Assembly (NCBI GenBank): GCA_024137785.1
Contig: JAHRHZ010000028.1
Location: forward strand, 22,195,969-22,253,845
DNA from: Ginglymostoma cirratum
Lineage: Eukaryota
DNA: 57,877 nt
Direction of reading: 5' to 3'
Below the pieces are notes generated by a model. It saw only the letters and a program-made list of their open reading frames with translations, ran no database searches and was not told where the DNA came from. Below are positions 37,960-51,382 of this stretch, in pieces. Position 1 is the stretch's first letter; every line of letters begins with the position of its first letter. The translations under genes and the position numbers were made by a program.

Positions 37960-38650
37960 GCAGCATTAAGCATGGAATGATTCACATTTTTAATCAAAAA
38001 GTGTCCCCTCACTCTTCTCCATGTTGCGTTTCATCTGCCACCTGCTCGACCTTTGCACTGGCATCCCCTTGGAATCTGCTGTCTCCTTCATTCTTTTCTA
38101 CAATTGCAAGCTTTTTGTCATCTACAAATTTCAGGATCGTGTCCTGTACACTTAAATGCAAATCGAGAATTGAACAGTGGAAATCTCCACTATGTACATC
38201 CTACTGTTTGAAAAACTCTGATTCACGACAAAGGTTTTCTTTTCTATCCTTCAGCCAATTTTACACCCATGTTATTAATGCCCTTTTATTATATGGGGCT
38301 TCAAGTTTTCCAACAAGCCGAATATGTCACAATTTAACAAACACCTTCAGCAAGTTGACACACACAACATGATTTCCATAACTTCCATTCACTGTCTATT
38401 ATTTCATCGAAAACTCAAACTAGTCAGTGAAACATATTTTGCCATTTAACAAATCGCTGCTGGCTCCTACTTATTAATCCAAGTTTGTTGAAATGGTAAT
38501 TTTCTCCTGACTTATTCTTTATAAAAAAGATTCCTCACTGGCAATGTTAACCGCGTAATGCCCAGTTTATCCTCTGTAAACAAGGGTGTAACGTTTGCAA
38601 TCCACCAATTCTCTGGCTTCAGCCATATAGCTGAGGAAATTTGGAAGATG
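37960..38650 (-). mobile_element. CR1 LINE RT fragment (old)
   Basis: Reverse-complement CR1 RT hallmarks: ttttgtcatctacaaattt (KFVDDK), caaacaccttcagcaagttgacacacac (VYLDFxKAF-like) and aacaagggtgtaacgtttgcaatcc (IANVTPL). Confidence 0.65.
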
Positions 38651-39119
38651 AGCCTTTCAAACATTAATCACAAAATCTGTTTTCTAAAAATATAATTGAT
38701 TTTAATACACCATCTATTTTTCAGTACAGCAATAACTGGATTAAAGCTATGCATTAAGTTCTCAATGAACACAGAGAGAAGACAGGTATTCTCTAATATT
38801 ATTAGGATAAACACAGCAGCAAATGAGCGCAATATTTCTTGATGGTACACTTCAAATAAATCTAAAAAGTATAATTTATTTTTGGTGCAAGAATACAAAT
38901 GTGGATGTTATTTAAACTCCAATACATTATATTATTGCATAACTAGTTATTGCCGCTAGATCTTCCCAACGTGGGACAAAACATAGCAGACAGCTATTCA
39001 TGTAATGGTTCACTTCAGAAAACTATTGATTCAATGGTAGTTTGGTCAACATCAGGTTGCTATTTGTAACAGCTAATGTCACAGTTGACAGTTTCTTTAG
39101 GTTTCGACATCATAGGAAA

Positions 39120-39425
39120 TCCTGTACGTTCAAAAATGTCGTCATTTGTCTGAGGCTACCACTGGAGGCCTTGTCTTCCCTTTAGAGATTAACATACAAG
39201 ATTCGCATTACACTAATTAGTTTAGGCCTTAAATGACACCAATAAAACAGATAATCTGGTTACTATCTCATTGCAGTTTCTGAAATCTTGATGTGCACAA
39301 ATTGGCTGCAATGCTTCCTACATTACAGCAGGGACAACACTTCACCAAGTAATTAATCGCAACAAAGTTCTTTGCATTAGCCTGAGATTGCAAAAGTTGC
39401 CATTTAAATGCAAGTTCTTTCTCTA
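39120..39425 (+). mobile_element. Deu-domain SINE (decayed)
   Basis: aaaacagataatctggttactatctcattgcagtttctgaaatcttgatgtgcacaaattggctgcaatgcttcctacattacagcagggacaacacttca. Confidence 0.6.
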
Positions 39426-39924
39426 TTCTTTAACATAAATATTTCTTCAGCACAATTTCTAAAAGTCTGACTCATTTTTCAGCGTACCCAAAGATAACCA
39501 TTTGCATTTTTTAATTCTCATCCTAGATCATCATTCTGGTTGATTTGAGGAGATAAAGATATGACTCAAGCTTCCCAACAAGCCATAGAAAGCAATATGA
39601 AACAGGTAGAGTCTGAATATTTTTCTAGTAATTAGTCCACATTGATAGCATTCTTGAAATGAAAAACCATTCAAGTCTATTCAATTTATGACTTGTAAGT
39701 ATTATTCCATGATGCAAGAATCCATTTAACTTGTGAAATCTGGTTATTGGTAAAAATATATTGATCAGTTAAAGACTGAAGTAATAAGAAGTGAAGAAAT
39801 TGCATTTATATGCATAGCAGTTTTCAAATCTTCAGGAAGCTCCAGAGTATAGCCACTTCTGTACACTGCAAATCACATTTATATCAGCCATAATCACGCT
39901 TAGAAGTAATAACGCTATGTGCTC

Positions 39925-40115
39925 AATTCCACCTCAGGCCTCGAGCACAAATGTCTATATTGACACTCCAATGCTGCACTGAGGGAGCGCTGCATTATTG
40001 CAGGTGCCATCTTGCAACGATACTTTAGATTAAGATTAGGTCTTCTTTCACTGCTGGATGTAAATGTAGCCATGGTATTATTTCAAAGAAGAGCGTGGAG
40101 TTCTTTCTGGTTTTC
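39925..40115 (+). mobile_element. Deu-type SINE 5' portion
   Basis: tgacactccaatgctgcactgagggagcgctgcatt...ggatgtaaatgtagccatggtattatttcaaagaagagc. Confidence 0.55.
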
Positions 40116-41627
40116 TGGTTCCATCAACTACTGCAAGAAGTGGATTAAATAGAACAAAGGAGTTGCAAAGTCTCGTGCAGCCTGAGAGAGTGAGGCAGGG
40201 AGAGAGGTATATAGCACATTTAAAAGCTAAGGAGTGATGGTAACAATGCTGAAGACTGTCAGTGTTCACAGTCATAACACCACTGAAGCTAGCAACAGCT
40301 TCTAGCGTCCCTGTGTGTACAAAATAATGCAGAAAATTCAGAAGTAGTCAAGTGAATCTACACTTCTTCAGAGGGCGTACTGTTGAGGGGCACCAGCCTG
40401 CTACACAGACTACAAGCAATGAAAAATCTATGAACTGATAAAAGCTTCCACTCTGATGCTGTTAGACTCATTGAAAACCCTTGAGAAGCCAATACACCCT
40501 GCAGAATGAGGTGTATGTTGGTTCTTAATGGTGTACTGACTTCACAATTACTAATAAACATGCGAACTGGCCCTGATATTTTTAAATGTTTATCTTCCTA
40601 GCAGCTTTTACCCTCGCCTGATCAGAATCGTTTAGTTGTTATCTGAAATTGTAAATTAAGAGTGAAAGCTATTGAGTGCAGGTTCACTGTGGGTGAATAC
40701 TTCAATGTGATTGATTACTTGTTTGCTGACCTCACTACTACCGCACAGCAGGCAGCGCTGAGAGCTGCCGCTAGACTTACAAAGCCATTGCGTAAGCAAA
40801 GGTCCAAGCCAGGAAGATCACTAAATCTTGCTGAAAAGTTTGCTTTGAGGTCACCACTTCTCCATTGGTGAGCTCACAGTCTAGCCCAAGGACTTGAGAC
40901 TTCCCAAAATTAAGTAAGTCTCCAGCAGACTGTATACAAATCCTTACATCAGAGCGAATCAAACATCCCAATTTCACACACGACTTTCTAGTTTGGAGCA
41001 CTTAGTTTGAAACTTATGTGAGTATTTGAGTGTCAACCAAACAGATTGTGAACGTATTTAATTTGTAGTTATAGCATTTGGTTTAGCACCTTCAATAATG
41101 ATAATCATTTAAATATAGGATTGATATTAATGAGGCCTTTAGTACGGGGGAAAAAAAATAGAGAAGCAATGTTATTTTAAATTGGGGCTTCACTGCTGCT
41201 CAGACAGAGGTGCATATTGAAAAAGGAGTTTTGTTTTCCTTGTTGGTGCATGGTATGTAATCTCTGTTTCTGTAAACTAATAGCTTGAAGGTGAATAAAG
41301 GCTCAAATATTAACTTTATCACATAGATGCGAGTCTTGACAGAGCAGAGTTAGCAGAAATCAACATAGCTGCCTTTCACAAAGCCATTCCTTTCATAGGC
41401 AAGTGCTAGCAACCAAAAAAAAACTCGGCAACAGACACATAGGAGGTTACAATTACAGAACCAGCTCCTAAATTCATTTTCTTGAATTCAATTCAGAGCC
41501 TTCCTGTGATTTTGCTTTATAACTTCAGACTTCTGCATCTTTCTGTTTTTTTACCTGGTGTCTCATTCACTACCAAACTGCATTTTCCTTAACTAAATAT
41601 CTCTGTACCTTGTTGTAGAAGAACTTA

Positions 41628-41768
<141 letters not shown>

Positions 41769-41859
41769 CTAAAAACGGGAGAAAGTAACAGTAAGCAAAA
41801 GAAGGATTTCTCAGTTAAACACGGGCACTGAACTCAATTAAGTTGAAGCAGCAATTCTC

Positions 41860-43850
41860 CGAGAGCTACGTTTCTGCTTTCCGCCCAAATCATTCTGCAC
41901 GTTCTTCTTTTACAGATGATAATCCAATTCCCTTTTGAATGGTTCAATTGAGCCAGCCTTCAACACACATTCAGGCAACATTTGTCAGATACTAAACATT
42001 TGCTGCATCAAAATAGTTTTTTTACCTGGCACCACTGCTTCTTCCACCAATTACCTTAAATCTGTATGCTCTGGTTCCCAATTCTTCCAACAGTGGGAAT
42101 GGCTCTGCCACACGTACTCTGTCCATTTGAACACCTATTTCAAATCTCATCTCAGATTTCAGTACGCCACAGAAAAGTGTCAACTTGTCTGGTCCTTCCG
42201 CACAACCAAAGTTGCTCATCTCTGGAAACATTATTGTGAACTTTTTCTGCACCCCCGCTGATGCCTTCCCATCATTCCTTAAGTCAGGTAAACCAAATTC
42301 AATATTATAGTTAAAGCTGACCCAGTACTTTATATAGATTTGACATAATGATCTTGCTTTTGTATTCACTGCCTTGTCTATTAAGCACAGAATTTTGTAT
42401 AATATATTAAATGCACCTTCAGAAACCTCCAATGTTTTAAGCACAAACATACACCCATGTCACTTTGAGATGATAAGGTGTAGAGCTGGATGAACACAGC
42501 AGGCCAAGCAGCATCAGAGGAGCAGGAAGGCTGAAGTTTCGGGCCTAGACCCTTCTTCAGAAAATCATGTCACTCTGCTCCTGCAGCACCTTTAAAACTT
42601 TTCCTCTTCATGTTCTTCCCACCAAAATGATTCATTTCGCACCTCTCTGCACTAAATTTTCACTTATCCATTCATCCCAAAAACGTGCCCAGGTCTTTTT
42701 CAAATTCTACACTATCATCTTCATGGTCCACATTAGTTTCAAGTTTCGAATCAACCACAAATATTGAACTTATGACCTTGTACACCAAGGCTGAAGTACC
42801 TTTTTTAATGACATCAGAAAGTACTCAAGTCTCAAGACCAAATCCCAATGAATTCCACTATAATCAAACAAAAAAACAAATTGCTCAACACTACTGTTCC
42901 CTGCCACTCTCACTGTTTTGTTTCCATGTTGCTCCTGGCCCTTTTGTTCACAAATCTGCCATGCGACACTTTATCATATGCCTTTTCGAAATCTGTGGAT
43001 ACGACAGCATCAACATTACCTTCATCAAGCTTCTCTGTTGCCTTATCAGAAGAGCTCCATCAAATCAGTTAAACATGATTTGTTCTCAACAAATCCATGC
43101 TGGCTTTGAATTCTGATTTCTTAAAAAAAGGAATTCACTACCACTGAGGGTAAACAAACTGGCCTTTAGTCATTGACATAACTGTACATCCTTTCTTGAA
43201 CAAGGGTGTAACATTTACAATTCGCCAGTCCTCTGGCATCATCCCAGAGTCAAAGGGAAATTGGGAAATAATAGCCAGAGCCTCCACAATTTCCATTTTG
43301 TCTCTTTTAGCACCTTTGGATATGCGTCATGTGGTCCTGATGCCTCACCATCTTTGAGGACAGACTATCAATCCAAAATGTTGTCCTTATCAATTCAAAA
43401 ACCTTCAAGTGAGAGCTACACCTTCTACCATGGTCTATGCACCATTTTCTTCTTTGGGAGAAACAGATCCAAAGTATTAATCTCATACCTTGGCTATACT
43501 CTGCCTCCAAGCAAAAATCTCTTTTTGAGTCCTTAATTGGCCCTTTTACAATTCTTTTTGCTCTCCTCATTTGTTTTTCACTTCTTCTCTGAATCTTTTA
43601 TAATACTTTTATTTTAAGTTGCATTATGCACGTGACATCTGAATAAGGATGCTGTTTCTTCTTCACCTTAAAAGATCCTTTTTTTATTATCCAGGGAGCT
43701 CGAGAATTTGTTTGCCCTATGTGTCCCCAACATGGAAATATCCTTGACTATACCGAGTCTCTTTTCTTTAAAGGTTCAGTTACAGTCCTGCCTGCCAAGC
43801 TTCACTTCAATTTATCTGGGTGTGATCCATCCTTAGCCCCTTGAAACTAG
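41860..43850 (-). mobile_element. CR1 LINE ORF2 (decayed), interrupted by a Penelope-type insert
   Basis: ORF 42022-42450 (AGVQKKFTIMFPEM...TRAYRFKVIG), plus DAVVSTDFEKAYDKVSH and IVNVTPL on the minus strand. Confidence 0.8.
42468..42565 (-). mobile_element. Penelope-type pLTR fragment, family A, with TSD
   Basis: Family A sequence flanked by catgtcact(t/c)tg at 42456-42467 and 42566-42577. Confidence 0.85.
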
Positions 43851-43878
43851 ATTCTCAATTATGAACATTAGGTGTGAA

Positions 43879-45280
43879 CAAGTGAGCACCCTTCTCAACA
43901 GGAAGGCCATATTACTGAAAAGGAGAGTGAGAGAAATTATGGTAAAGAACATCTACTGTAATAGAAACCAGTCCTGGGCTATTATAACCTAAATCGGCAG
44001 TCCTTTTTCAGAGATAGTAGGAACTGCAGATGCTGAGACAACAAGGTGTAGAGCTGGATGAACACAGCAGGCCAAGCAGCATCAGAGCAGCAGGAAGGCT
44101 GACATTTTGGGCCTAGACTCTTCTTCAGAAATGGGGGAGGGGAAGGGGGTTCTGAAATAAATAGGGAGAGAGAGGGAGGTGGATAGAAGATGGATAGAGG
44201 AGAAGATAGGTGGAGAGGAGACCGACAGGTCAAAGAGGCGGGGATGAAGCCAGTAAAAGGTGAGTGTAGGTGGGGAGTTAGGGAGGGGATAGGTCAGTCC
44301 AGGGAAGACAGACAGATCAAGGGGGTGGGATGAGGTTAGTAGGTAAGAGATGGGGGTGGGGCTTGAGGTGGGAGGAAGGACAGGTTAGGGAGGCGGGGAC
44401 GAGCTGGACTGGTTTTGGGATGCGGTAGCGGGAGGGGAGATTTTGAAGCTTGTGAAGTCCTTTTCCATTGCAGTTTTATGATGTTCTGCTATGCCAATAT
44501 CACTATAAGGGGTCAAAATGACTAACGAAGGTCAAGCAGCACCTGTGGCATTCTATCCAAGTATGGAATGATGTCCTCAGAGTAAGCAGGAAGAGGGCAT
44601 TTATTATCATTGTAATGTTGAAGAGAATTACAGTCAGTTCACCTTTCTCCCTCAAAAGCACACATGCATGCAGACACACATGTACACACACAGGCACTCT
44701 CTCACATTCACATATAAAGGCTCTCTCACATTCTCAGGTTCAAAGTGAACTTGGTTGTACACTGACACACTGCAATACCAACATTAGTTTGAACCCTGGT
44801 TGAGAAAGAAGGATTCATGGAGCTACTCTCCAAAACACTTCCTCCAAAGATGAAGACGACATTCAAACGTTGCGTTAAGGAATTTTCACACATTCCTTTT
44901 CCAACGATGTACCTTGTGACAAGTTCTTGTGCCTATAGCTGCCCTTTTCCACCATAAGATGAAGCCTAAAAAGCTCCAGAAACTGTACATCGTGATATTG
45001 ACCATCCTAAATAACATCACCATTACATTACCCTAACATGCTGTGGGTATGAGTCATAGGAAAACAGGCAGTAATTAGAATTCAGGGTCAGTCCACATTA
45101 GCTACTTCTATTTCTAATATGAATCCTTCCATACAAATGCAAGTGAGTACCCTTCTCAATAGGAAGGCCATATTACTGAAAAGGAGAGCGAGATAAATTA
45201 TGGTAAAGAACATCCACTGGAATAGAAACCAGTCCTGGGCCATTATAACCTAAATCAGCAGTCCTTTTCCATTGCAGTTT
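43879..45280. repeat. Local ~140 bp direct duplication: copy 1 at 43879-44009 plus 44456-44477 (Penelope-filled), copy 2 at 45140-45280 (empty)
   Basis: caagtgag.acccttctcaa.aggaaggccatattactgaaaaggagag...aaatc.gcagtccttttccattgcagttt occurs twice. Confidence 0.9.
44010..44460 (-). mobile_element. Penelope-like element 3' end/pLTR (family A, long copy)
   Basis: The minus strand begins ggacttcacaagcttcaaaatctcccc (DFTSFKISP, recalled as the end of the Penelope GIY-YIG ORF), then a pyrimidine-rich tract, a degenerate hammerhead box and the family A tail. TSD agtcctttt at 43999-44007 and 44456-44464. Confidence 0.85.
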
Positions 45281-46269
45281 AAGGGAAAAGAAAATTGTCG
45301 AAGATGTAAAATGGACATTGGCCACTTGGCGCTAATACACTTGAACAAAGTCACCTGCTTTGCGTCTCCATGTTGAATCTTTCAACAAGATATTGAACTC
45401 CTTTATCACTTTATATGTTCAGAACCTGTATAATGGGTTATTCACATCATGAGGCAATATTACCAAAGCATCTAGAAACAAAAGGCTCACATTAACAATG
45501 TTGAACCTATGTTTTAACTGATATCTTCATTTGCTATATTAAATAATGGTGCTCATTTAACATACTTTTAATCAGAAAGGAGTTATCTCCCTTTTCAAGG
45601 AAAATGATATTTCTAAACATAACTGCAAGTGTGCATTTCTGACTTAAGGGACTGCACCACAATGAAAAAATGACAAACATTAATTTCCAAGCACCCATCA
45701 GTCTTTGCATGCATTAGCTGAGATAAAAATATATCTTCCCCAACGTCATTTCACATGTTCTCTTTTTTAAAAATAATGGAGAGCATCAACACTTAGTAAC
45801 AAGTGCAGAGCATTTCAGCTGTGTAATCTTGTAACAACAAATCTCTTTACCATACTTAGGAAACAAGTCAGGTAGTGGTCTGGGTTTAACACCCAAACCA
45901 CGTAGGCATTTATGTTGTTGGTTCTCTGAGAATGGAACAACGCCAGATCTTGATAATGGGTCATTCACTTTACTCTTTAACCTAACAGAGTTCCCAAGCA
46001 ACAGAAATGACAACACAAACTTGCGGGTGATCAAATTGAAATTTACATTCCTCAGGTCATCCACTCTCGACAAAAGTAAATAGTTATTGTTTAAATGTTT
46101 ACAAATTAGTCCCTAGGCATTTGTTGGGTATCATAAACTTGATTTTTAAAAGGAAATAGTTCACGTTCGCCATGACCTGCTTGTCCTGAAGGTTAAAACG
46201 GATCCTACAAGTAGTCTTTTCTCAATGGCATTTATGAAGGGAGTGGGGTGGGGGGGTTCTCAGACTTGT

Positions 46270-47330
46270 GATGGTGGAGGAGGCAGCCATTTGGCCCATT
46301 TTATCTGCACCAGCTCTCCAAATGATTGTCTCACCTAGTGCCATGTTCCTGCTTTCTTCCAGTTACTTAGCGCATTGTCAAATTCCCTTTGAATGCCTTG
46401 ATTGAACCTCCTTCCACCACAAAATTCATCATCATGGTTTTTAAAGTGTGTGACCCCTTAATCTGAGATAATGTCCTTTACTCCTAGATGCTCCCACCAG
46501 GGGAAACAACCTCTGAGCATCATCTGTGTTCTAATAATTGTAATAGCCTTGTCAGGTAGGATATCCTCTTCATGAAGCCTTGCTGAATACTGCTTGATTA
46601 TGTCATGTATTTCTAAATGTTTTGCTATTACATCCTTTATAACAGACTCTAACAATTTCCTAAAGACAGATGTTACGTTAAATACCCTACAGTTACCTGT
46701 GTTTTTGTCTCATCCCCTTTTTGAATGAGAGTGTTGCATTGGCAGTGTTCTCATCCTCTGGCAGTTCCTCAGAGTCTATGGATTCTTCAAAGATTATTAA
46801 CAGCACATCTACTATTTCTGTAGCTTTTCTTTTAAATATCTTAGGATGCAACTTTTCAGTTGCAGGGGATCTATCGTCTTTAGGTCTATTAGTTACCCCA
46901 GTGCCTTTCTTTAGTGATAGTTATTGTACTTACTACATTTCCCCCTTTAGCCCCTTGATCATTTACCATTTTTGGAATGCTACCACTGCCTTGTATATGT
47001 TCAATATAATTTCCTTGCTCTTGTACTCCACACCCCTATGAATAAAGCCCAGGATACAGTGTGTTTTATTAACTCCCTCTCAACTGTCCGGCCACGTTTA
47101 GTGACTTATACATGTAAATATCCTTCGGTTCATGCATTCCCTTCATTTATACAGTCTGTGTTCTTTCCACCAAAATGCATCACCTCACACTTCGCCACAT
47201 TGAATTTCATCAGTCACCTATCCTACCATCCACCAAGCTGTTTATCAACTTTTGATATTCTACATTACCCAACAGTGACAGCAACAATTCTCAATAAAAG
47301 GACCCTATGATTTCAAGGCATAAAATTTAG
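46270..47330 (-). mobile_element. CR1 LINE fragments (decayed)
   Basis: ORF 46458-46655 (MLESVIKDVIAKHLEIHDIIKQ) and the reverse complement of W-MKFNVAKCEVMHFG (ccaaaatgcatcacctcacacttcgccacattgaatttcatc). Confidence 0.8.
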
Positions 47331-47672
47331 CAAACAACCATGACTCCAATATCTACAGTCGAAGCTGACAGACCATCATCTGAGACTGTAATCTGTAACC
47401 AGTTGTTTCAAAATAAAACAAGAATCAATTTAGCGCATTATTTCACTGGTTATAGCATACATTTTGACCTACATATGAGCTATAGTTCAGTTGGTAGTAA
47501 ACTTGCCTCAGAGTCAGAAGGTTGGGGTTAGGTCATGGTGCAGAGACTTCAACACTTAACTCGGACAGTGCAGTGTGAAGGAGGAGTTCATTTCTGCCTT
47601 TCTACTTCTTTGAATCAAAATCCTAGTGAAGTTAGTTGAAGTCAGGCCAAACTATGTACGATATTCTAACAT

Positions 47673-48093
47673 GAAACAAATAACTCTGGATGCTGGAGAT
47701 CTGAAACACACACAGAAATTGCTGGGAGACAATAAGGACTGCAGATGCCAAAAACTAGAATCTACAGATGTGAAGCTGGAAAAAAGGACAGCAGATTAGA
47801 CAGCATCAAAGGAGCAGGAAAATCAATGTTTCGGGCCAAAATGTTGATTTTCCTGCTCTTCTGATACTGTCTGCCCTATTGTTCTTTTCTGGCTTCACAC
47901 TTATAGACACAGGAATTGCCAGAGAAGCTGAAGCATCTTTGGGAAGAAAGCAAAGTGAACATTTTGAATCCAGTGTCTCTCATCTTCAGCGGGGTCTTCT
48001 GAATATGTCACCAGACTCCAATTGTTAACTCTGCTATCTTCCTACAGCTGTTGCCAATCCTGCTGAATTTCTCCAACATTTTCTGTTTTTGTT
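47673..48093. mobile_element. Family B-like inverted pair with a family A-like inverted pair nested at 47729-47907
   Basis: The inner hairpin is centred on atcaatgtttcgggccaaaatgttgat and flanked by the duplicated target cacagaaattgctgggag/cacaggaattgccagag. Confidence 0.75.
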
Positions 48094-49399
48094 GGGTACA
48101 ATATTCATTCAAGAAGTTATGGCAGATCAAGTTATGGCACAAGCTCATGCATTTTTTTTCAAACTGTTTCACATTACATTTTGTTTTTTTTTATATAAAC
48201 AAAAGCTACGGCACACTCCCTGATTCAGAGTTTGATGATAATTCAGTGCAGCGCTGAAGAAATCTTGCATTACCAAAAGACTTTCAAATGAGCTCCCACC
48301 TAGTCTCTCCTCTTAAAACAAAATTTTTAGCGTGAACAATCTGCTCATTTGAATGCGCTACACATTTCGTGCATAATCTTAAAAGAAACAACTCCTCGGC
48401 AGCCAATGCCCTATCCTCCGAGTTGTTGTCCCACATAACCTGCTCATGAGAACGTTACACATTCCATCATCAAAAGGGTGCTTCCTTGCTGTCTTGACTG
48501 ATTCTTCCCTTAACTGGTTATTTATCCAATTTTTGTTTGCGAGGACACACTAGGTGCAAATTATCTCCCAAGGTACTTCATAGGAGCAATACCAAATAAC
48601 ATTTAACACACAGCCATGTGAGAGCACACTAGGACATATGACCAAAAGCTTGGTCTAAGAGCATGTTTTAGGTTGTATCTTAAAGGGGGAGTAATGTTAA
48701 GGAATGACGTTCTAGAGTAAAATTTCCCCAACCCTTATCTTTGTATTCACCCAAATTGAAATATAAAGAATTATGCACATTTGATTTTTGACATGTGAAG
48801 TATGAAAACTTTTCTCATCTTACGTTGTTGTACAAGACTTTTAATCAACCGTGCTAACAGTACAAGAAGTTGCCTCTCATTCAAAGTGCCCCAAGCTAAT
48901 CTTGGAACAATGTCCCAAGAAAAGAAAAGATGTTTTTCATTTCCTAACGCATCCAACACGGTGGGGGTTTCTGGTGTGTGTGTGTTCCAGGAACTGAGTT
49001 CGGCAGTAACAAGAAAACCCCACCATCCAGTGAGCTAAACGCATTTGAGGTAATATTGTAAATGACAGTTCCAGACTTGATAATGCTGACTAAAATAGGC
49101 AAATGAAAGAAGTGCAGCCAACTGGAAAACTGCATATGGCTTTTAGGAAGTTTTTATTGGACATTAGGCTGTATGAATTGTAATTTTCAACAGTTCTTCA
49201 TAGTAACATTTGATCACTGCTGTTACCAAATAAATAATTATATTGAGTTTATAGCCATGAAGGAATCATGGTAACAACCGAAGACAGCTGTACAGCCAAT
49301 CCTGCTTTCCAGTTCTTTGCCCTTAATTCCAAGGCATATCAAGGGTACATATAATTTTTTTTGTAGTGTCATGCTCTTAGTTGTTGACCTCACTGCCCT

Positions 49400-49950
49400 A
49401 ATACTGGAAATAGGTCCATACCATCCACTGTATCTAGGTCCCCTCAACATTCATTATACCTCAATTAAATCCATGTTTTCCTCACAGATAAAATTCTAAA
49501 TTCTTGTAGACATTCTCATAAATCCCCTATATACTCGTTTATAATTGCATCCTCCCTGTATGCAGTACGCTCTATAGTATCAGTATAAACTTATTCTATT
49601 CTATGACTCTGCGTCATTCAGGTACTAAAGGAAAGTAGCTGCAGGTCTTCTTAACCACCTTTACCTATCCTGTGACTTTCACTGATCTGTACACACATGC
49701 TCTAAGATTACTACATACTTAACAGTTTTCTACTACATTTTGCATATTTCTTTGCCTTAGTTAGTCCAACATAAAAGCATTCTCTCAGACTTCTTCAGAT
49801 AGAATTCCATTTGCCAGTCTTTTGCCTACTTGACCGGCACACTGATATCTTACTGCCGCCTACAGCTCTCTTTCTCACTGTCAACTCTTGGTCTTTGTCA
49901 ATTTCCCTTTTTATCTGCCTCACTGGGATAGCATACTGGAAATCAAGCCC
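49400..49950 (-). mobile_element. CR1 LINE fragment (old)
   Basis: Reverse-complement CR1 hallmarks: tctaggtcccctcaacattcattatacctcaattaaatc, ttcttaaccaccttta and agaattccatttgcca. Confidence 0.6.
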
Positions 49951-50179
49951 CTCTATTTGTGGGATCATTTAAACTTTTTTTTTTAAATGCATGAAATTCC
50001 CAAAAATACTTGTCTTCTGGACCCGGGTTGACAGAAAACAGACTAGTTTTCTGTACACAACACAAATTACTATTTGTTACAAATAATTAGATGCTGGCTG
50101 CAGGTAAACCAGTTATGAACAGTCAGCATATAATAATAAGAATTAAAACTTTAATCACCTTATAAAGCCACCTTTACTT

Positions 50180-50217
50180 AGATAGACAGACAGACACACA
50201 CACACACACACACACAC
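50180..50217. repeat. (GACA)n/(CA)n microsatellite
   Basis: Read directly from the sequence. Confidence 0.9.
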
Positions 50218-51255
50218 GGGGGTAAAGGAACATGGGTGGAGGGAACACTCAAAAGAGTTCAATCATCGTTGTTCATCAGATCTGCTGAGTTGATGCTTGT
50301 GATTACTGTGCTGGTCACTATGCTGTTTAGTTTAGTCATCCTTTGAATGTTTCCACTGGTTTGCAAGAGGCACATGGTGGCTGCTTCACATGCAACAAAG
50401 TCTCTGACTTATTCATTAAAAGTCACAGCTTACACCAATTGTTGGAGGAAAGGGCAATTTCAAGTCTGAACACCAAATTCAGAATTTCCCCTTCTTGGGT
50501 TCTACTTGCTACATACTGGAAAAATAACAGTTCAATGCTCTGCTCTCTACACCTTTCATGCTGATTTTAACCCAGTTGGTATTTGGTTGTTGGAATCCCC
50601 TTCCATTGTTTCTGTATTTCTCAACAATTTGGCTACCATTGACACTTCCTTTATACATGCTTGTCCAGAATGCAGGCAGCATGCTGGAATCCTCACTTGG
50701 TGTAGAATGTGTATTTATTGGGACTGCAGTGTCCAATTGATCAGGTAACTATCTAAACTTATCAAGAACCAACTTAAGGCTTTCCTTGATCCTGGCAAAT
50801 AAAAAAGGTATTGATTAGTCACCTCTTTGATTGAAGACTCCTGTTAATTAAGACAGCCATATCTTTATAAAGAAAGATGTCCTTAGATCAGAGATACACG
50901 ATTGGGTAGCATCAGCAGTATATCCAGGAAACAATTCATTCATCTACTGAACTAACACGAAAGGGTGGACTTGGATTTCTGGTAAAGCATCAGCATACCT
51001 GGGCGCACAGCCCCAGACAGCCCAGACCCAACCGTGTTTTTAGAGAGGAAATTTCACATGTGGCCTAACTGCTGTACAAGATATAGCAACAACCTCTGTT
51101 GTTACTTATTATGTTCTGTGTGCAATGTACTCCCAAATTAGCAGGCTTACAAATTTTAAGTGTGAAGACTGATCTGGGTCACGGATCTGGTCAAAGTGCA
51201 TTTGGTCTTCAAAATTCTCTTCAAACTACAGCAACCTGAACAATATATTTTAGTG

Positions 51256-51382
51256 AGAGATAGTAGGAACTGCCGATGCTGGAGAATCTGAGATAAAACG
51301 TGGAGCTGGATGAACACAGCAGGCCAAGCAGCATCAGAGGAGCAGGAAGGCTGACGTTTCGGGTCGAGACCCTTCTTCAGAA
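51256..51382 (-). mobile_element. Penelope-type pLTR fragment, family A
   Basis: gagatagtaggaactgccgatgctggagaatctgagata...gctgacgtttcgggtcgagacccttcttcagaa. Confidence 0.85.
51349..51382 (-). ncRNA. Putative minimal hammerhead ribozyme core, sense to the MAPKAPK2 pre-mRNA
   Basis: The minus strand reads TT-CTGAAGA-A-GGGT(CTCG)ACCC-GAAA-CGTC-AGCC. Confidence 0.55.
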
